The translations under genes were made by a program, and so were the position numbers. This document shows positions 63,379 to 64,000 of a stretch of DNA of 64,000 bases, one piece after another (position 1 is the stretch's first letter; the number at the start of each line of letters is the position of its first letter). The notes under the pieces were generated by a model. That model was not told where the DNA came from. It did not search any database and saw nothing but the letters and a program-made list of their open reading frames with translations. Source of the stretch: Haliotis rubra (lineage: Eukaryota); NCBI RefSeq assembly GCF_003918875.1, contig NW_025764892.1:2108001-2172000 (forward strand), given 5' to 3'.

Positions 63379-63808
63379 ACCCGTGAAGGTCCGGGTTAGA
63401 ATATTGATCTTCAGTAACCTATGCTTGTCGTAAGAGGCGACTAACGGGATCGGGTGGTCAGGCTCGCTGACCTGGTTGACACATGTCATCGGTTCCCAAT
63501 TGCGCAGATCGATGCTCATGTCTTTGATCACTGGATTTTCTGGTGAGTGAGTGAGTGAGTTTTAGTTTTACGCCGCTTTTAGCAATATTCCAGCAATATC
63601 ACGGCGGGGGACACCAGAAATGGACTTCACACATTGTACCCATGTGGGGAATCGAACCCGGGTCTTCGGCGTGACGAGCGAACGCTTTAACCACTAGGCT
63701 ATCCCACCGCCCCTGGATTGTCTGGTCCAGACTCGATTATTTGCAGACCGCCGCCATATAGCTGGAATATAGTTGAGTGCGGCGTAAAACTAAACTCACC
63801 CACTCACA
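63379..63808 (+). mobile_element. SINE-like family 2 interrupted by a family 1 SINE
   Basis: Consensus match. TSD-like CTGTTAGT. Confidence 0.9.
63543..63712 (-). mobile_element. SINE family 1 nested inside a family 2 copy
   Basis: TSD CTGGATT(T/G)TCTGG. Confidence 0.9.
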
Positions 63809-64000
63809 CTGTTAGTATTTACTATGCATTGGAACACGAATTCAATCTATTTGTTACTGCATTGTCCTGTTCATAATAGTCCTTGTTATTTTAGTAGTTC
63901 ATGGAACAAAGAAACAAAAACAATAATTACACCCAGGTCATTATTTACGGACAACAAAGTACAGGCAAAGAGACAATGACTTTGCCACCAGGATAAGGGG

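Overview
Eukaryotic, AT-rich, intron- and repeat-rich animal genomic DNA. The SINE tails and gene content suggest a mollusc, probably a gastropod; this is inference only. There is one N gap (21462-21597). Spliced genes reconstructed by hand with consistent intron phases: (1) a minus-strand gene of about 521-522 aa (2929-13260) with two paralogous, same-phase candidate first exons, each encoding a ZNF692/ZNF653-type N-terminal module; (2) RNASEH1 (minus, 8 exons, 321 aa, two in-frame ATGs), head-to-head with (3) RPS7 (plus, 5'TOP first exon, 193 aa); (4) PEX13 (minus, 4 exons, 429 aa); (5) a tentative 220-aa coiled-coil orphan; (6) an ankyrin-repeat/SOCS-box gene with a single coding exon, flanked by about 200-bp direct repeats. 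Mobile DNA: the 3' part of an internally deleted DIRS1-type retrotransposon, an internally deleted L1/Tx1-type LINE with TSD, Tc1 remnants, several MITEs, about 19 copies of a tRNA-derived SINE, about 9 copies of a SINE-like element with no tRNA head and a sharply defined structured 5' end, and 5 copies of a small fold-back element (12-14 bp TSDs in four of them). The most notable signals are the duplicated, possibly transposon-captured first exons, the fold-back family with copy-specific self-complementary arms, the headless SINE, and near-total co-orientation of SINEs with local transcription.
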